Positions 20,701 to 35,700 of a stretch of DNA of 64,000 bases are shown here, one piece after another. The stretch is from positions 40 to 64,039 of the forward strand of contig CAMENR010000003.1 of the NCBI GenBank assembly GCA_945928645.1. Direction: 5' to 3'. Position numbers and translations under genes: made by a program. The DNA comes from an uncultured Clostridia bacterium. Its GTDB lineage: Bacteria > Bacillota > Clostridia > Christensenellales > UBA1242. Below the pieces are notes generated by a model, which did no database searches, was not told the DNA's origin, and saw only the letters and a program-made list of their open reading frames with translations. How positions within the stretch are numbered: position 1 is the stretch's first letter; every line of letters begins with the position of its first letter.

Positions 20701-23700
20701 TTGAGATTGTTATATCGTTTCCAAAAGTTACTTTCCCACCAGAAACATACAATGCTCCACCTGCTTCACTGGCTGTGTTGTCTGAAATACTTAAGTTATC
20801 GCCCAATTTCAATGTGCTTTCTTCAGTGATATATATTCCACCAGCATTGCTGGTTGCTGTGCTTTCTCCAGTAATATATATTCCACCACCATTGCTGGTT
20901 GCTGTGTTGTTGGAGATTTTTATATCTTTTTCAAATTCAACTTCACCACCACCAACATACAATGCGCCACCATTAGTTGCTGTGTTTTTAGAGATTGTTA
21001 ATCCTTTGCCCAATTTCAATGTGCCACCAGCAACATTCACTGCACCACCATTGGTTGCTGTATTGTCAGAGATTGTTACAGTTGATGGGATTGTGAGGTT
21101 GCCACTTGCAAGATAAATCGTAGAATCTGAGGTGTTATTTTTAATATTTACATTTTCGCCGAATGTTACTACGTTGTCTTCCGATCCCTCAGCTATATAA
21201 AGTATATAATTAGTTGATTTGTTGTTTGTTATAGATGTCGAAGTGATATTAACTGTCGAATAAACAACTTTTATCACTGCACTAGTAAATGTCGATTGCT
21301 CATCTTTATTTTCTGGATTGCTCCATTCGGTTATAGTGCAATCAGTTATGCTTACATTTGAGTTGTCGCTGAAGTCTAGTGCATTTGTTGCCGATATCTT
21401 GGACAATGTTATTCCACTTAACGCAACAGGGCTATTTGTTGCAGAAATAACTGAGCCTGAAGTAGTTTTTACATAAGTAATAGTGCTACTTGTAATCGAC
21501 AACCCTGTGCTTGTTGTGCCAGCACTACCTAATAGCGAACTTGCAGAAGAATTGCAATCTATAACTGTAAATAGGTTTTTGTTGCCAGAATCTATATTTT
21601 GTATCTTTATATTATTAGCCTCTAATTTTCCTCCTGAAATGGTTGCCACTGCAAGTTGAGATGGATCTCCTGCCTCATTACAGATATTAACTTTGCTAAG
21701 TTTTACATTTGCGCCTGTTGAAATATTGAAGATATTCTTTGTTGTGCCTGATATGTTAACATTGTTAAATTCAATTCCACCACTTTTTACATTGAGCCAA
21801 TCATAACTCATATCTAGTTCTATTGTGTAAGGCTCCACATTGACGTCAAACTCATAACCCACACCTTCTATTTTTGAGGCTATCTCAGCAGATTTTATTG
21901 TTATTGTATTTTTTACAGTAGTTATTTTTGAATCTGCTGATACATTATTTAGTAGATAAAGCTCTTGATTTACCGCTTTGCCTGTAGCCCCAGAAATTGC
22001 CGAGGTTATATCTTGATAGAATCTTTTGATTGTATTGTTGTAAATATTTCTTTCTGCAATGATAATAAACGCACCTGAGGAATCTGCCATTATTATAAAG
22101 CAATATTCTTCTCCATTAGGGTCCTCACCCTTAAAGATATCTTCCAGCAAGTTATATTTTGACAATTCTACATCTACATATCTTGCAACTTTCTGACCAT
22201 AATCTGTAGCCATATAATCACAAGAAACGGATATTTGTTTGTTGCCAGGTTCGTAAGGTTTGTTTATATTTATCAATGCCAAACTTTTCATTCCAGACTC
22301 TGTGACGGTCCTTTCAAGATAAAGAGTATTGTATATCTTTATATTCTCTGATAGATACTCTTCGTCACTATCTAGGGTAAGAGCAATGGTATGCCCTTGT
22401 TCGCTAAGATAAATTCCTGCACCCTTTTCTCCGGCTGTGTTGGCTAATGTAGAATCACTCTCTTCACCAACCTGCAACATAAATACTGTTATTTGTGATT
22501 TTGAATCCACAAATATTCCGCCACCTTTTCCTGTTGCACTGTTGGAGTAAAGTTTTAGATATTCTTCCCCTACACCATTGAAGGTTGCAATGGTGTCGCA
22601 GAGATATATACCTGCACCATTTTCACTGGCTGTGTTGGAAGATATTTGACCACCTTCAAAGTTAGCACTAATCTTTACAACTATGTCTATATCATTCTTC
22701 CTTTCTTTCTTTTGCCTTAGCCCATTGATATACACACCACCACCATTCTTTGCTGAGTTTTCAGAAACTACACCACCTGCAAATGTGAATTCCACATTCT
22801 TATAATTGTCAACATATGACACAATTCCATTTACTTCTTTTCTTTCAAATTCTTTTGCGTTGACAAATATACCACCACCATTCTCAGTTGCTATGTTGTT
22901 AGAAATTGCTATGTCTTGTGTAATTTCCACCTTGCAATCACTATCTAGATACAAACCACCACCATAGTCGGCTATGTTGTCTGTGATTGTTCCGCCAGAA
23001 ATGTTAACTGTTGAAGTTTTTGCATACAAACCACCACCAAAGCCTGCAACACCATTGGATATTGCACCACTTTCCATTGTAAATGAAGACTCTACTAAGT
23101 AAATTATTCCACCTAAGACGCCTTCATTTATATCCAAACTGCTTCTTCCCTCAACCCCAGAAAGCTCAGCTCCTGCAATATTAACTGTAGATAAGTTTGT
23201 CGCATTTACCACACTACCATTTGCGCTAGAGGTAGCATTGGTTATTATGAGGTTTGAAGTGAGTGTGATAGTAGAATCTTTGACATAGAACACACTTCCC
23301 TCTGAATCTGTGGAACAAATTATCCTTACATCTCCTCTTCCTTTTAAGTCATATACACTATTAAAATCTGCATCATAACCAAATGTTATATTCGATCCAC
23401 TATCCAATTGGAAGAGATTTTCCCTGATATTAGCATTAAATGTAACACCACCAGTTTTTGCAGAAATAACAACCCCCTTCAATCCACTAAATTCCACAGT
23501 TTTAGAAATTGCATAATTGCAATTATCTGCAAGTATAAGATACTTGTCGTAAGTATAAAGCGCCATAGACTGCATATCATTTATTGCCCCGTCTAGAGTA
23601 TCACTCTCGGCATATTGTTCTATGCCACTGCTGTTCTTTCCATATACTTGGAAAACTTGTGTCCTCAAAACAACTTCATTGCCAACAGCCTTTAGTCCAA

Positions 23701-26700
23701 AACCAGAATTGAGGTCTAGATTGAAGTAATTGATATACCCCTTGCCATCTACAGAATCAACATATTCGCTACGCACAAACTGCAAAATCTTATCTCCCTC
23801 AGCAAATACACCCTCTTCCAAGAACAAACTTATTCTCTTAAAGAATCTCTTGCCACGGAACTCCTCTTTGTTTGTTTTGCTTCTAAATCCACTGTTAACA
23901 TCACCACTTGGATCATCTTTTACATTTATGAATGATTTATTATTCAAAAGCAAAATTCCATCGTCAAGGCTGTCTATTTCTCCAGAAAGCACTAGGCCAC
24001 TCTTCACTATCAATCCTTCTGGGCCAGATACCTCGCTTTCAGATTCATTTGATAGAGTTATTGTTGCATTTATGCCATTGTTTAATACTATTGACTTCTC
24101 ATTGTTATAATCTTTAAGTTCTAGCACTCCACCAGCCACAGACAACCCGGCACCATTCTTTTCGCCACTTACAAGGGTGTTTCCTTCTATCACTGTTCCA
24201 TAAAGGGTAGTGTATCCACCTTGTGTATAAATTGCTCCACCATCGCCTTTGGCTGAAGCGCTGTTTTCTCTCAACTCTCCCAAAACCAACGACACATTGC
24301 CACCAACAACATAAATTGCCCCACCAACTGCATCAGATGAATTTTCACTAAAAGTAGAATAGGTGTTGTTTAATGAATTGATATTTATGGTTGTATTACC
24401 TTCTCTAACCGCTATCGCTCCACCACCAACTGCGTTATTAGAGCCAATCATCACAGCCTTGTTTGACTCAAACTTATTTTTACCAACGATATTCAATGAG
24501 CCACAAGACAATATTGCGCCACCTTGTGTAGATTGATTATCTCTAAACGAACAATCGTTAACAGTCAAAGTCCCAGCGCTTATGTACACACCACCGCCAT
24601 TGATTGCCTTATTTTCGCTAATTACACAACCATCGTTAAGGTTTATGTTTCCACTTGCTACATAAATTGCTCCACCATATAGTGCTGACTCATAACTTCT
24701 TATGCCATTTCCTATAAAGATGGTAGAGGAAATGGTAACCTCGCCATTAGAATCAAAGTAACAAGCACCACCGTTTTCTGCATAGTTGCTCTGGAAAGTT
24801 ATTCCCCTTGATTCAACTTCTGCTTCTTTAGTCACAGCGATTGCACCACCATACATGGTTGCATTATTATTTTGGAATGAAGTATTAGAATGAATTGACA
24901 ACTTGCCATTTTCCACACAAATTGCACCACCGTTTTTGGCACTATTATTGGAGAAAGTGCAACCAATAATCTCATAATTATTAGTTTTATCTGCTTTTGG
25001 AGTGGAGTTGAGATCCAAAGCACCACCATCTTCGATTGAACTATTGCCTTCAAACACTACTCCAGATGCTTTCAGTTGACCACCATTTTCTACACAAATT
25101 GCACCACCTTTCTTGGCATTGTTTTGTGAAATTATAGAGTTTTCATCAATCACAATACTTCCACCAACAGAGTAGATTGCACCACCAAGGCCATTTGTAG
25201 CACTACAATTTTGTATAGTGGAATTGTTGCTGATTTCAATAGTTCCATTTTCTTGATAAATCGCACCACCATTAAGAGTCGCTTGACTATCTATAATTGT
25301 AGAATTATCCAAAATTACAGAGCCATTCTTAAGCCAAATTGCACCACCACATTTTAGCTCGTTGACATTCAATCCACTAACAGAAAATACATTGTCGGTT
25401 GATGATAGATTTGCCTTAGTTTTTTGCACTGTTGTTCCGTTTGTCAACTTAAGTGTTCCGCCATCAATATAGAACATACTTGTATTTACTAATGTATCTT
25501 TATTTCCTTCTATTATAAATGGCTTGCAAGAATCACTGTCAGTTAACTTTAGCCCTTTGGAGTCTATATCATATTGGCTTAGGTAGGTAAGTTCCAAAGT
25601 TCCTCTTATTACAAACATAAAGTCTTGATAAGAGCCATCACGCAAAACCACAGCACCATCTGCATTTTCCCTGCAATCTACAATTACAATATCTTTGTTC
25701 TCTTCCACATAGATTGTGTTGTTGTAATTGACCACCTGTCTATTGAACAAACCAAAGTATGCTGTTTCGTTGCTTGGGGCTTGCTCTATTGCATCGTTTA
25801 TAGAAGCATACATCTTAAACTTGCCATTTTCGTCAGCCTTTAACGAACGGATAATACCCGCCATAGCATAGATGTCTTTGCCTCTTCTTGTAAACACTAT
25901 GATATCCGAATCCAACTTGCCTGCACTTGCAAATTTTTCTTGTGCAAATGTAGCAACCTTTATTTGTTCGTTATCTCCAAATACTTGTTCCAATACAAGA
26001 TAAATTTTGCTGTGCTCTTCTGCAACAAACATATCTGTAATATTAAGAATTGATTTGGTTGACAAGAAGACTCTATCCAATATCTTTGCAGAGTTGGAAA
26101 TATATAGGGAGTTGGATTCTACTGCTTCCTCAATGCCAGTAGCAGTGTTCAACTTCTTAGCGCCTTGGACATATATTCCACCAACATCTTCGTTGGATAC
26201 AACATTATCTCCTTCGGTGTAATTTGCACCATTTCCACTGATTTCTCCGCCAAAAATTCTTGCAATAGCACCAGAAGAAATAAATATTGCTCCGCCTTTA
26301 CCTTCGCTGGTTGTTGCTGTGTTGCCAAATACCTTGCCACCATACATATAAAGCACTTTTCCTACATAAATTCCACCACCCACAACAGCACTGTTGTTTG
26401 CTATTGTAGAGCCAGCATTTTCTAGTCCTTTTCGCTCTATATCGTCATAAATTTCAAATGACAAGTTGTTGCCTGTAGCATACACACCACCACCTTGCCC
26501 ATGAGATACATTGTTAGAAATATTTCCGTCACGCAAAGTAATCTTGCCATTCATAGCATATAATCCACCGCCATTTTCATTTGCAGTATTGGCATCTATG
26601 GTTGCACCACCAGACAATTCTACTTCCCCATCTGCTGTGGCATTTAGTTGCCCCATATACACACCGCCACCGTTTATAGTTGCAGTATTACCAGCAATTG

Positions 26701-29700
26701 ATGACAAACTGTGTGTTGCAAACAACTTTCCTCCGTCAATCAGCACACCACCACCAAGTTCTGCAGTGTTTGATGTGATAGAAGCATCATACAATTTGAG
26801 CGTTCCACACAGATAAACACCTGCGCCATTGGTTGCAGAGTTGTTGGATACTACTGCTCCTTGTTGAAGGTAAACAATAGAGTTTGCACAAATATACAAT
26901 CCTCCACCTTCCACAGCCGAGTTGCCATTGATTGAAAATTCTGATGAAATATCCAGTCTGCCAGATTCTACATAAACACCGCCACCTCGAATACTTGCTG
27001 TGGAAAGAGTTATTTGACCATAACCCAACCAAGATGTATTTGTGTTGATATTATTGCTTGCATAATACAACCCTGCCCCATATTCTGCTAGATTTCCAGA
27101 TACTATTGCAGAGCCATATTCTGATTTAAGCATCCTTACAATGCCTCTTTCGCCCACAAATATACCACCACCATACTTTGCACTGTTGGCAAGCGAACTA
27201 TCTTCCCCTTGTCCGATATATCCGTTGTAAATATCCACCTGCCCACTACGATTTGCACCACCTTCTACCTTAGAACCAATGTATATTGCACCACCTCTTT
27301 CGCTGGCAGTGTTAGATACAAATAGTGATCCTTGATCCACTTCGACCAAACCACAATTTACATACACAGCGCCACCATTTTGTGCTGTATTTTCTTTCAA
27401 AGTAGAATTGTATATCTCAACATAATATGTGTTGTCCATATTAGATTCAACATAGATTGCTCCACCATTGGTTGCTTCGTTGGAAGTAAGTTCTGAGCCT
27501 GTGATTACAACCTTCGCTTCTTCATGCACATAAATTGCTCCGCCTTCGGTTGCTTTGCAGTCTATTATTTTTGAATTTTCAACAGAAACAACTGCTGTGC
27601 CTATAGCATAAATCGCACCACCTTTGCCATCAGTCCCCACTGCATAACAACTGGTTATTTCGCTATTTACTAAGTTGAGTTGTCCTTCAAAAATACTAAT
27701 TGCGCCACCATTTGCCCCTTTGTTGCCAGTTATCGTTAGCCCACTTAAAGTAAGAATTCCATTTTCGCTTATACAGAACAAACTTGTATTGCTGTCATTT
27801 TCTGTTCCAGCGACTATTATATTGCCCTTTGCATAAGGAGATTCTCCTCCAAATATCACATCTTTTCCCTCGATATCAAATACCCAAGTAGAAAGATTTT
27901 CAGCACGTTGCAAAGTTATACCCTCTTCTTTGCCCGAAACAATATTAACAGGTTTGTTGATTGTTATAGTTTCAAAGATAACTAAGTCATCATTTATAAC
28001 GATTGTTTCTCCCCCTACACAATCTTCAAGTGCCATTGCAATAGAAGAATATTGCCCTAACAAGTTGCCATTTTGTGCATAGACATCAATCATATCTTCT
28101 ACAACAATGTTATAACTCAAATATCTTTCGCTGTTGCTATCAGATTTTAGTTGATTGTAGAAAGTTATATTTGTTATTATCATTCCTTGAGCAGATACGC
28201 CTGTTCCACGTGGAGTTATTTTTGTTTGATTTACCACTGCCTCAAATGCAATCTTGCTATATACTCGTGCACTGCTCAAATTGCTCTGAACAAATGCATT
28301 ATTTTCACTTCCCAGAGAAACTACATCTTTTGACAAGGCAACATATTCAATATTGGTTGACTTGAATGATTCTCCCCCAATCCTTGTTGCACTGGAAAGA
28401 CTTATTTTTTGTGGAAGTGCTTTGCAGTTTTCAAAGGCATTTTTGCCCACAACCTCAAGGTTTTCAAACACCAATTCTCCTGTTTTGCCCATTATGGTAA
28501 ATTGAGCACAATTCCTAAAGCTTGCTTCGCCCACTTCTTTAATTTCATTTTCAAATACTACATATTTTAGTTTTGAACAATTTTCAAATGCATGGGCAGG
28601 CACTGTATTACTGTTGCCAAGTAGAGTAACATTATAAGAATTTGCTGGTTCAAATATATTATCCTTGTATGTAAAGTTATTTCCCAATCCTGAGCCATCT
28701 ACAGCATTATCTCCTACTGTTTTTAATACAAGAGTTTGAAGATTGTCCATCATAGCAAAGCAACCTTCATATTGTCTTATGCCGTCATTTACTTCTACAA
28801 TTTGTGCAACACTTCCAGCAAATGCAAGAGGCAATATGCCAGATACATTGTCCACTGACACATAACTATCTTTTGCAAAATAAGTATGCAAGAGTGTTTT
28901 GACTTCTATTGCAAGATAGATATTTCCTGCATTGTCCAAAGTATAATTGGAATTTTGTGCAAATGTTACAGTTTGTATACTTGAACAAGCAAATGCCCCA
29001 TATTCAACATTTGTGATTGCTGGGATATTATACACAGCAGTAAGGTTGGACAATTTTTCAAATGCCAAAGAAGAAATATTTTCTACGGACGACAATGATA
29101 AGTCTATTGTTTTGATGTTTGCATAATCTTGAGCAAATGGTCCAATGCCTACAATAACGTCTCCAACTTCAACTACTCCGTCATTTACTATAAGTGTGTG
29201 TGATGGGACAATGATATCTCCTGTTATCCTGCTCACTCCCAAACTGGACAGCCCTGTAACATATCCATTGCTTACTTCAAGAAGGAATGGATTGGTCCAA
29301 TCTTTCCAAACTGCATAAAGGGTTACCTCGCCGGCAAATTGAGCCTCTCTCAAGCCATCAGCTGACCACTCTGGAGTGGTAGCATTTTGGTCTGTTGACC
29401 AGCCCAAGAATTTGGCATATCTAGAGTTGGAATCAGTATAATTTGCATCTGCAATTTCAAAGTCAGCAAACAGCAATTCTCCCTTTTCCGAAAGGGCTGT
29501 TGGCATAACCTTTGTTCCATTGCTATCAAAACCATTTTCTGTAGCCAAAAGAACATTGTGAGAATCATTATTAAGATTATAAACAAGATTATAACTATCT
29601 ACAAATATTGGATAGATGTTAATTTTTTGTTCGCCATTATCTGCCAAATTCATCACATTTTGGAGTGTTTCGCTGGATATAGAGAAATCTTCTCCCATAG

Positions 29701-32700
29701 CAAAATCTTTTGTTACATTCTGCTTTGCAAATGTATAACCATAAGCAATCTTGCCACAAAGTTCACTCAACTCACTAGATGTTGGCAGTGTAATTGTAGT
29801 ATTTGTTGCTGGAATGTCACTTGCCACCACTTTGCCTGTCCACAACAAAGTATTTCCATCAACAATGTTTACTGTTATTTCTTTCGCTTTCCATTCCACA
29901 AATACTTCTTTGTCAGCACTTAATGCAATTTCTGTAGAGTCGCTTAGCACCACTCTATTGCCTCCACTTACTGTATCTGTAACAGCCACTGGAGTAAACC
30001 CTGCAAATGCAAAGTTTTCGTTTATAACCTGAGCAGAAATATTTGTTTTGCCCATATCGTCTGCAGTTATGTAGAAACTTTCGTTGGCAATAGCATTGGT
30101 TACGGTCAACACATAATTTTGCCATATTGGATAGAGGTGGACTACATTCTCTCCCAACACATTTTCTACTTCACCACCATCAGCAACTTTCTTGCTAGTC
30201 TCAGGAGAATTTTCATAAGCCCAACCAGCAAAATGTGCTTGTTTTTGCAACCCAAGTTCTTCCAGTGTAGGAGCATAGGCTTTTGAACTGTAGTTGTATT
30301 CTACTTGTCTAGCCACTCCCCCTGTTGCATTGTGGAATATTGCAGTCCAATTGTCATCTTCCCACTCTGCATACAGAGTTATCTTGCCACTTGAAGCAAG
30401 ATTTTTGACCACTGCGCCGTTTGCATAACTTTCACCGTCCAAAGTGCTAGTTGTATTCCAACTTACAATATGCTTTCCGCTTACTGCAAACGAACTAACC
30501 AATGTAAACTCTTGGTCAAATACTGCATTTATCACTTCAACATCTTGCCTGCCTGCAATATTCATAACCAATTCCACTTGATAGTTGTTTGCTTGCCAAA
30601 CAGCCTCAAGGGTTATTTCTATATTTTCCTGTATATTATCTGGGTCAAATCCTGTCAAAATATCTTTTGGCAAGTTGATTACTTTTTGGTCAACTGCGTA
30701 GAGATTACCCCTTTCATCTTTCCATTGAACCACATTCCAGCCATCTGCGACAAACACTTCTTCTAGCCACTCGTAACTATCAAAATGAAATTGTCTTGTC
30801 TGACTGCCTTCTGTAATTGTAGTAGAGCCTTCTACCAAATTTGATACATATTTCACAGTGTATTCTTTGGCTTGCCAAATAGGTCTTAGGACTACATTGT
30901 CGCTTGGCATAACGAATGGAGTGTTATCGCTTGTTTTCCAAACATTTTCTGCACTCAAAGATAAGTTTGTATTTAGTTGCGAACATTCAAACCCTGCAAA
31001 GTTGTAGTAAGTCTTGCTCAAAGCATCTTTTGCCGAAGAAAGCACTCTTCCTGCATATTCTTGATTGTTCACAGACACTTTGATAGATGCTTTATCCGCC
31101 TTACCACTTACAGTTGTTACATTCCAAAGATCCTTAAACTCATCATTTACTTCAAAAGTTGCTCCACCTAATTCTATTGTAAGCAAACGATATTCTTCTG
31201 TATATTTGGCCCTTAATACCTCGTCATGTCTTGGCATTGTTGTTAGTGTAGTTACATCTTGAACTTCGCCATTCTCATCTACATATGTCCAACATACAAA
31301 ATCATAGTTTTCTTTGACGCAAGAGATAGAGTTGTCTATAAACATACTTAAAATATTTGTTCTATATTTTACCTCTTTGTGCCAAAGGGTGTTTTCTACT
31401 ATATAAGAACCATTGCCAGAAATCTTGCCTCCTGCTGGGTCAAGCGTCAATGTAAAGTATCCTTGAACAATATAAATTTTGCCTTCTAGAGCCTTTATCC
31501 TATAATCATTGATTTTGTCATCAACAACATCAAAATTCTTAACTCCATCTACTGCTTGATTGTCATAGGTTGCAATCTCCACACTTTCGGTTATATTCTT
31601 TGGATAATTTGCCTCGTCAATTTGCACTCTGATTAAATTATCATTGCTAAATGGCTTTGAAATAGCAAATCTAGAATTGCTTCCTTCTAGTTTAATAATG
31701 CTACTAAATGTGCTTGAACCTGCAAAGTCTAATAGACCATAACCCGAAACAACGACCAAACTCCCTTGCAAACCAATGTTTATTGTTCCATTGCTAATGA
31801 TAACTTTGCCAAATATGTCTTTTGCATTTGAACCGATAAACATCTCGTTGCTTTCGTTTTGAGCGATTGTTCCTCCTTTTATGTTCAGAGTTCCTCTTAC
31901 AACATACACACCACCACCATAAGTTGCAGTGTTGTCTGATATTTCGCCAGAAAGCAATACAATAATTTGCTTGCTTGCAGTGCCTGCTGTATCACCTATG
32001 CAAACACCACCACCATAAGTTGCAGTGTTGTTGTTTATCATTGCGCCATCAATGATAACATTGCCTTCACTTACACCCAAATCACTGTCGCCATCATAAT
32101 ACACACCACCACCTTTTTGAGCAGAGTTGTTTATGATTTCTACCCCTTGACCAATGGTTGCCCTGCCACAATCCAGAGCCAAATACAACCCACCACCATA
32201 GGTAGAGGCTTCGTTGCCACTTAATCTGCAGTTAGTTATATCCAACACTCCACCACCAAACCAAATGCCACCACCATTTGTTGCGGTGTTATCTGAGATT
32301 TCTCCTCCACTTATCACACAAGTGTTGCTTCCTATATAAATTGCACCACCATACAAAGCACTATTTCCCGAGATTGTTGCAGAGTAAATTTCTAGCCCAC
32401 CACGAGCAACTATTGCGCCACCAAAATTTCCTGCTTCATTTTCAGATAATATAGCACCATTCAATATCAACTTGCCATCGGCAAGCACACCTGCACCGTT
32501 TTCTGCATAGTTGTTTTGGATATAAACTTCTTCACCAATATTAAGAGTTCCATTTTTAACATAAACTGCACTGCTGTTTGCTCTAATTTGAAGTTTGTTT
32601 CCGTCTATTATAATGTTGGAAAGTGTTATATCTCCTGCAAATTCGAACATATTTCCAGCAAATGTTTCATTCCTTACAAAAGTCGTCTTGTAAACAGAAG

Positions 32701-35700
32701 AAATTGATACTTTTCCGTTAAACTTATACGTCTTATATATGTTGATATTGGCATTGACAAAGACGAGTTCATCTCCTTCTTCACAGTTTGCTACCCCGTC
32801 AGAATTAAACACTCCATCTTCGCCTTCGATTGAGTAATAATACACTCTAGTTGTTTCTCCGCCAGTTACAGCCTTTCTGTCTGCATAAGCAACAACCTCT
32901 TTCCAGATACATTCAAACTCTAGAGTTGTAGCCTCTTCTATGTTGTAGGACCAATACACAGGATATGTTGTTCCACTGGTATTTCTGCCAACATAAACAT
33001 CAGTAATAGCATTGTTGTATTTTGAGAAATCTTTAGTCATCTCTTGCAACTTGAATAGTATATCCCCTTGCTTTAGGACATACTTCCAACCAGCAACAAC
33101 AGTGCCATTTTCATCTTCTTCAAATCTTTCTGCAATCTCAAACGAACTGGATTGACTTTCGTTGGCACTGCCTTCTCCCTCATAAACTTTTATTGTTACA
33201 AGATTAGGATCCCAACATGCCACAAAGAATATTGAATATTTATCCAAATATGAGCCACTATCATTTTGATGTCCTCTGCATATTGCTGAATAAGCATCAA
33301 ACCAACTATATTCCGTATCGCCTACAGTTTGGCCATATTCGGTGATAATATCAAAGTTTAGTGGCGAATTGTATATGCTAAATGTAACTTTTCCCATTGG
33401 GTCTGGGATTAGTTTTACACCTGTCCTAATATAACTTGTCTTGCCCAGTTTTACCGAACCTTCTGTATTGTCTTCCACAGCATATGCCAATTCCCAAGCG
33501 CTAAAATGATGATATTTCAATGGATTGTTTATTAGGTCTGTTGCATCTAGTTCCACAGTTGTAGACACTTGAACTGTGCTTTTGTTGAATATTGTAGTGG
33601 ACAATCCACCGCTAGAATTGTTCTTTTGATAAAGGATATTTATCCCAAACTGAACCTCTGTCCATTGTGCCACCAAAGTAAGTTCTTCTACAGGGAGATT
33701 TTTATTTTGACTGCTAAAACTCATTCCGTTGTAGTCAGAATTTTCATTTGACACGATAAATGAATCTTGCAACGAATAACCAAATGCTTTGCCTAAAATA
33801 TCATTAAGGAAGGAGAAGTCCTTTTTGTCTGTAAGACTAATATCAAATACACCTTTTATTTCTTCTCCATTGTATTCAATAAGTTTTCCATTGGTGTCAA
33901 TAAATATCTTATCAGCAATCTTTCCTATTTTCAGGTAGTTTTCCTCTCCAAACAGGCAATATCCGTCAACATTGTCCAATGCAAACAATTCCATACTTGC
34001 CTTTCTTGAAGATATATCTATAAATTGTGCTACTATCCAGTTTTCTATCAAAGCCTTCAATGAGTCATCATCTGTTGGTGTTGAGCCTTGGTCGTCATTT
34101 ACACATTCTATCAAAATCTTTTCGATATTATAAAGTGAACTCTCTACATATATCCTTGCTCTTTTTAGCAGATAAACTTTTGCCAAGAACTTTCCACTTG
34201 AAACACCTGACAACAAATTTAGACCTTTGTTTGCTTCATTGCCCTTTACAAGCACACTGCCATACAGGTTGGAGCTGGCTACATTCAACAGACCTCCGTT
34301 GTCTATGTACACTGAATATGGATAGCCAGTCAAACTTTCACTGCCCACTGTTATGCCTGCAAGATTTGCAGTCCCAGTTTTGCCTACATAGACATCTGCT
34401 CCAAGAGTCAAAATGCCATTGTATATGTCATCACTGCCACCTGCGTTATTCCCTACTACAGAGCTGTAATAAAGATTTGTGCTGACGGTTGATGAAATGT
34501 ATATTCCGCCACCAAAACTTGCTGTATTGTTGGTTGCTACAAAAGGCTTTTTGCTGTTGTCAAATGTTGCATTATCACCAATATATAATGCCCCACCTGC
34601 ATTTGCAACTTTGTTAGATGAAAACTCTAGAGGGTTGGAGTCTTCTGTTTTCATAAGTGATAGAGAGGCATTTTCGCACACTGCCACAGCACCACCATTT
34701 TTGGCCATATTGCCAGATATACCCACACCTAATTGAAGTGTTGCAGAACCACATACTGCAATAGCGCCACCATATGTTGTGCTGATGTTTACTACACGAC
34801 TTGGAATATAATATCCGTTTTCACTAAACACGGCATCGCCATATATCGATACCCCATCGCTTCCATCAACATACACTGCACCACCATATGTCATTGCACC
34901 AGATGGAGATAGTGTGTAGTTGCCAGTAAATTGCCCTCCGAAAATTTCTCCTCCTTTTGATATAGCCACAGCTCCACCATAATTATTTGCAAAGTTGGAG
35001 GTGAAAGTTCCACCAGTAACAGTTACCTTTGCTCCAGCACTTATTGCCCCACCTTGAGCCTTGAGCATAGTCCCTTGGCCTATGGCAGAATTTGATGTAA
35101 ATATTCCATTATAAACAGACAAATTGCCCTTGGCATACACCGCACCACCTATTGTTGCAATATTGCTTGTAAATGTTATATCTGCACTTGACACAACAAC
35201 ACTTTCTTCACCATAAACAGCACCACCATAATATTTTGCAGAGTTGGAAGTAAAGGTATTTTTGTTGCTCAACTCCACTGTTCCCGCATAATACACTGCT
35301 CCACCATTTTCTTGCGCAGAGCAATTTGAAAACTCTGTTTCAACAATAGTTAACTTTGCTTCTTTTGCTACAAATATTGCACCACCATTTTTTGCTTGTG
35401 TTCCCTCAAATTTTGCATAAGAAATATCTACAGTAGATTTGTTATCTGCATAAATTGCACCACCATAATTATTTGCAAACACACTGCCTGATGACGCAAA
35501 TTTTGTTCCATTTATTATTACCTTTCCATATGTTGCCACATACAACACACCACCATTTTCTGCAGAAAGATTCTTTACATCAAAGTTTGCCAAAGTTGCA
35601 TTGCCTTCTACATAAATACCGCCTCCAGCCAAAGCATAGTTGTCATACAATCTCAACCCTTCATTAGCGACAAAATTTCCACTTGTAGACACTTTGACGA

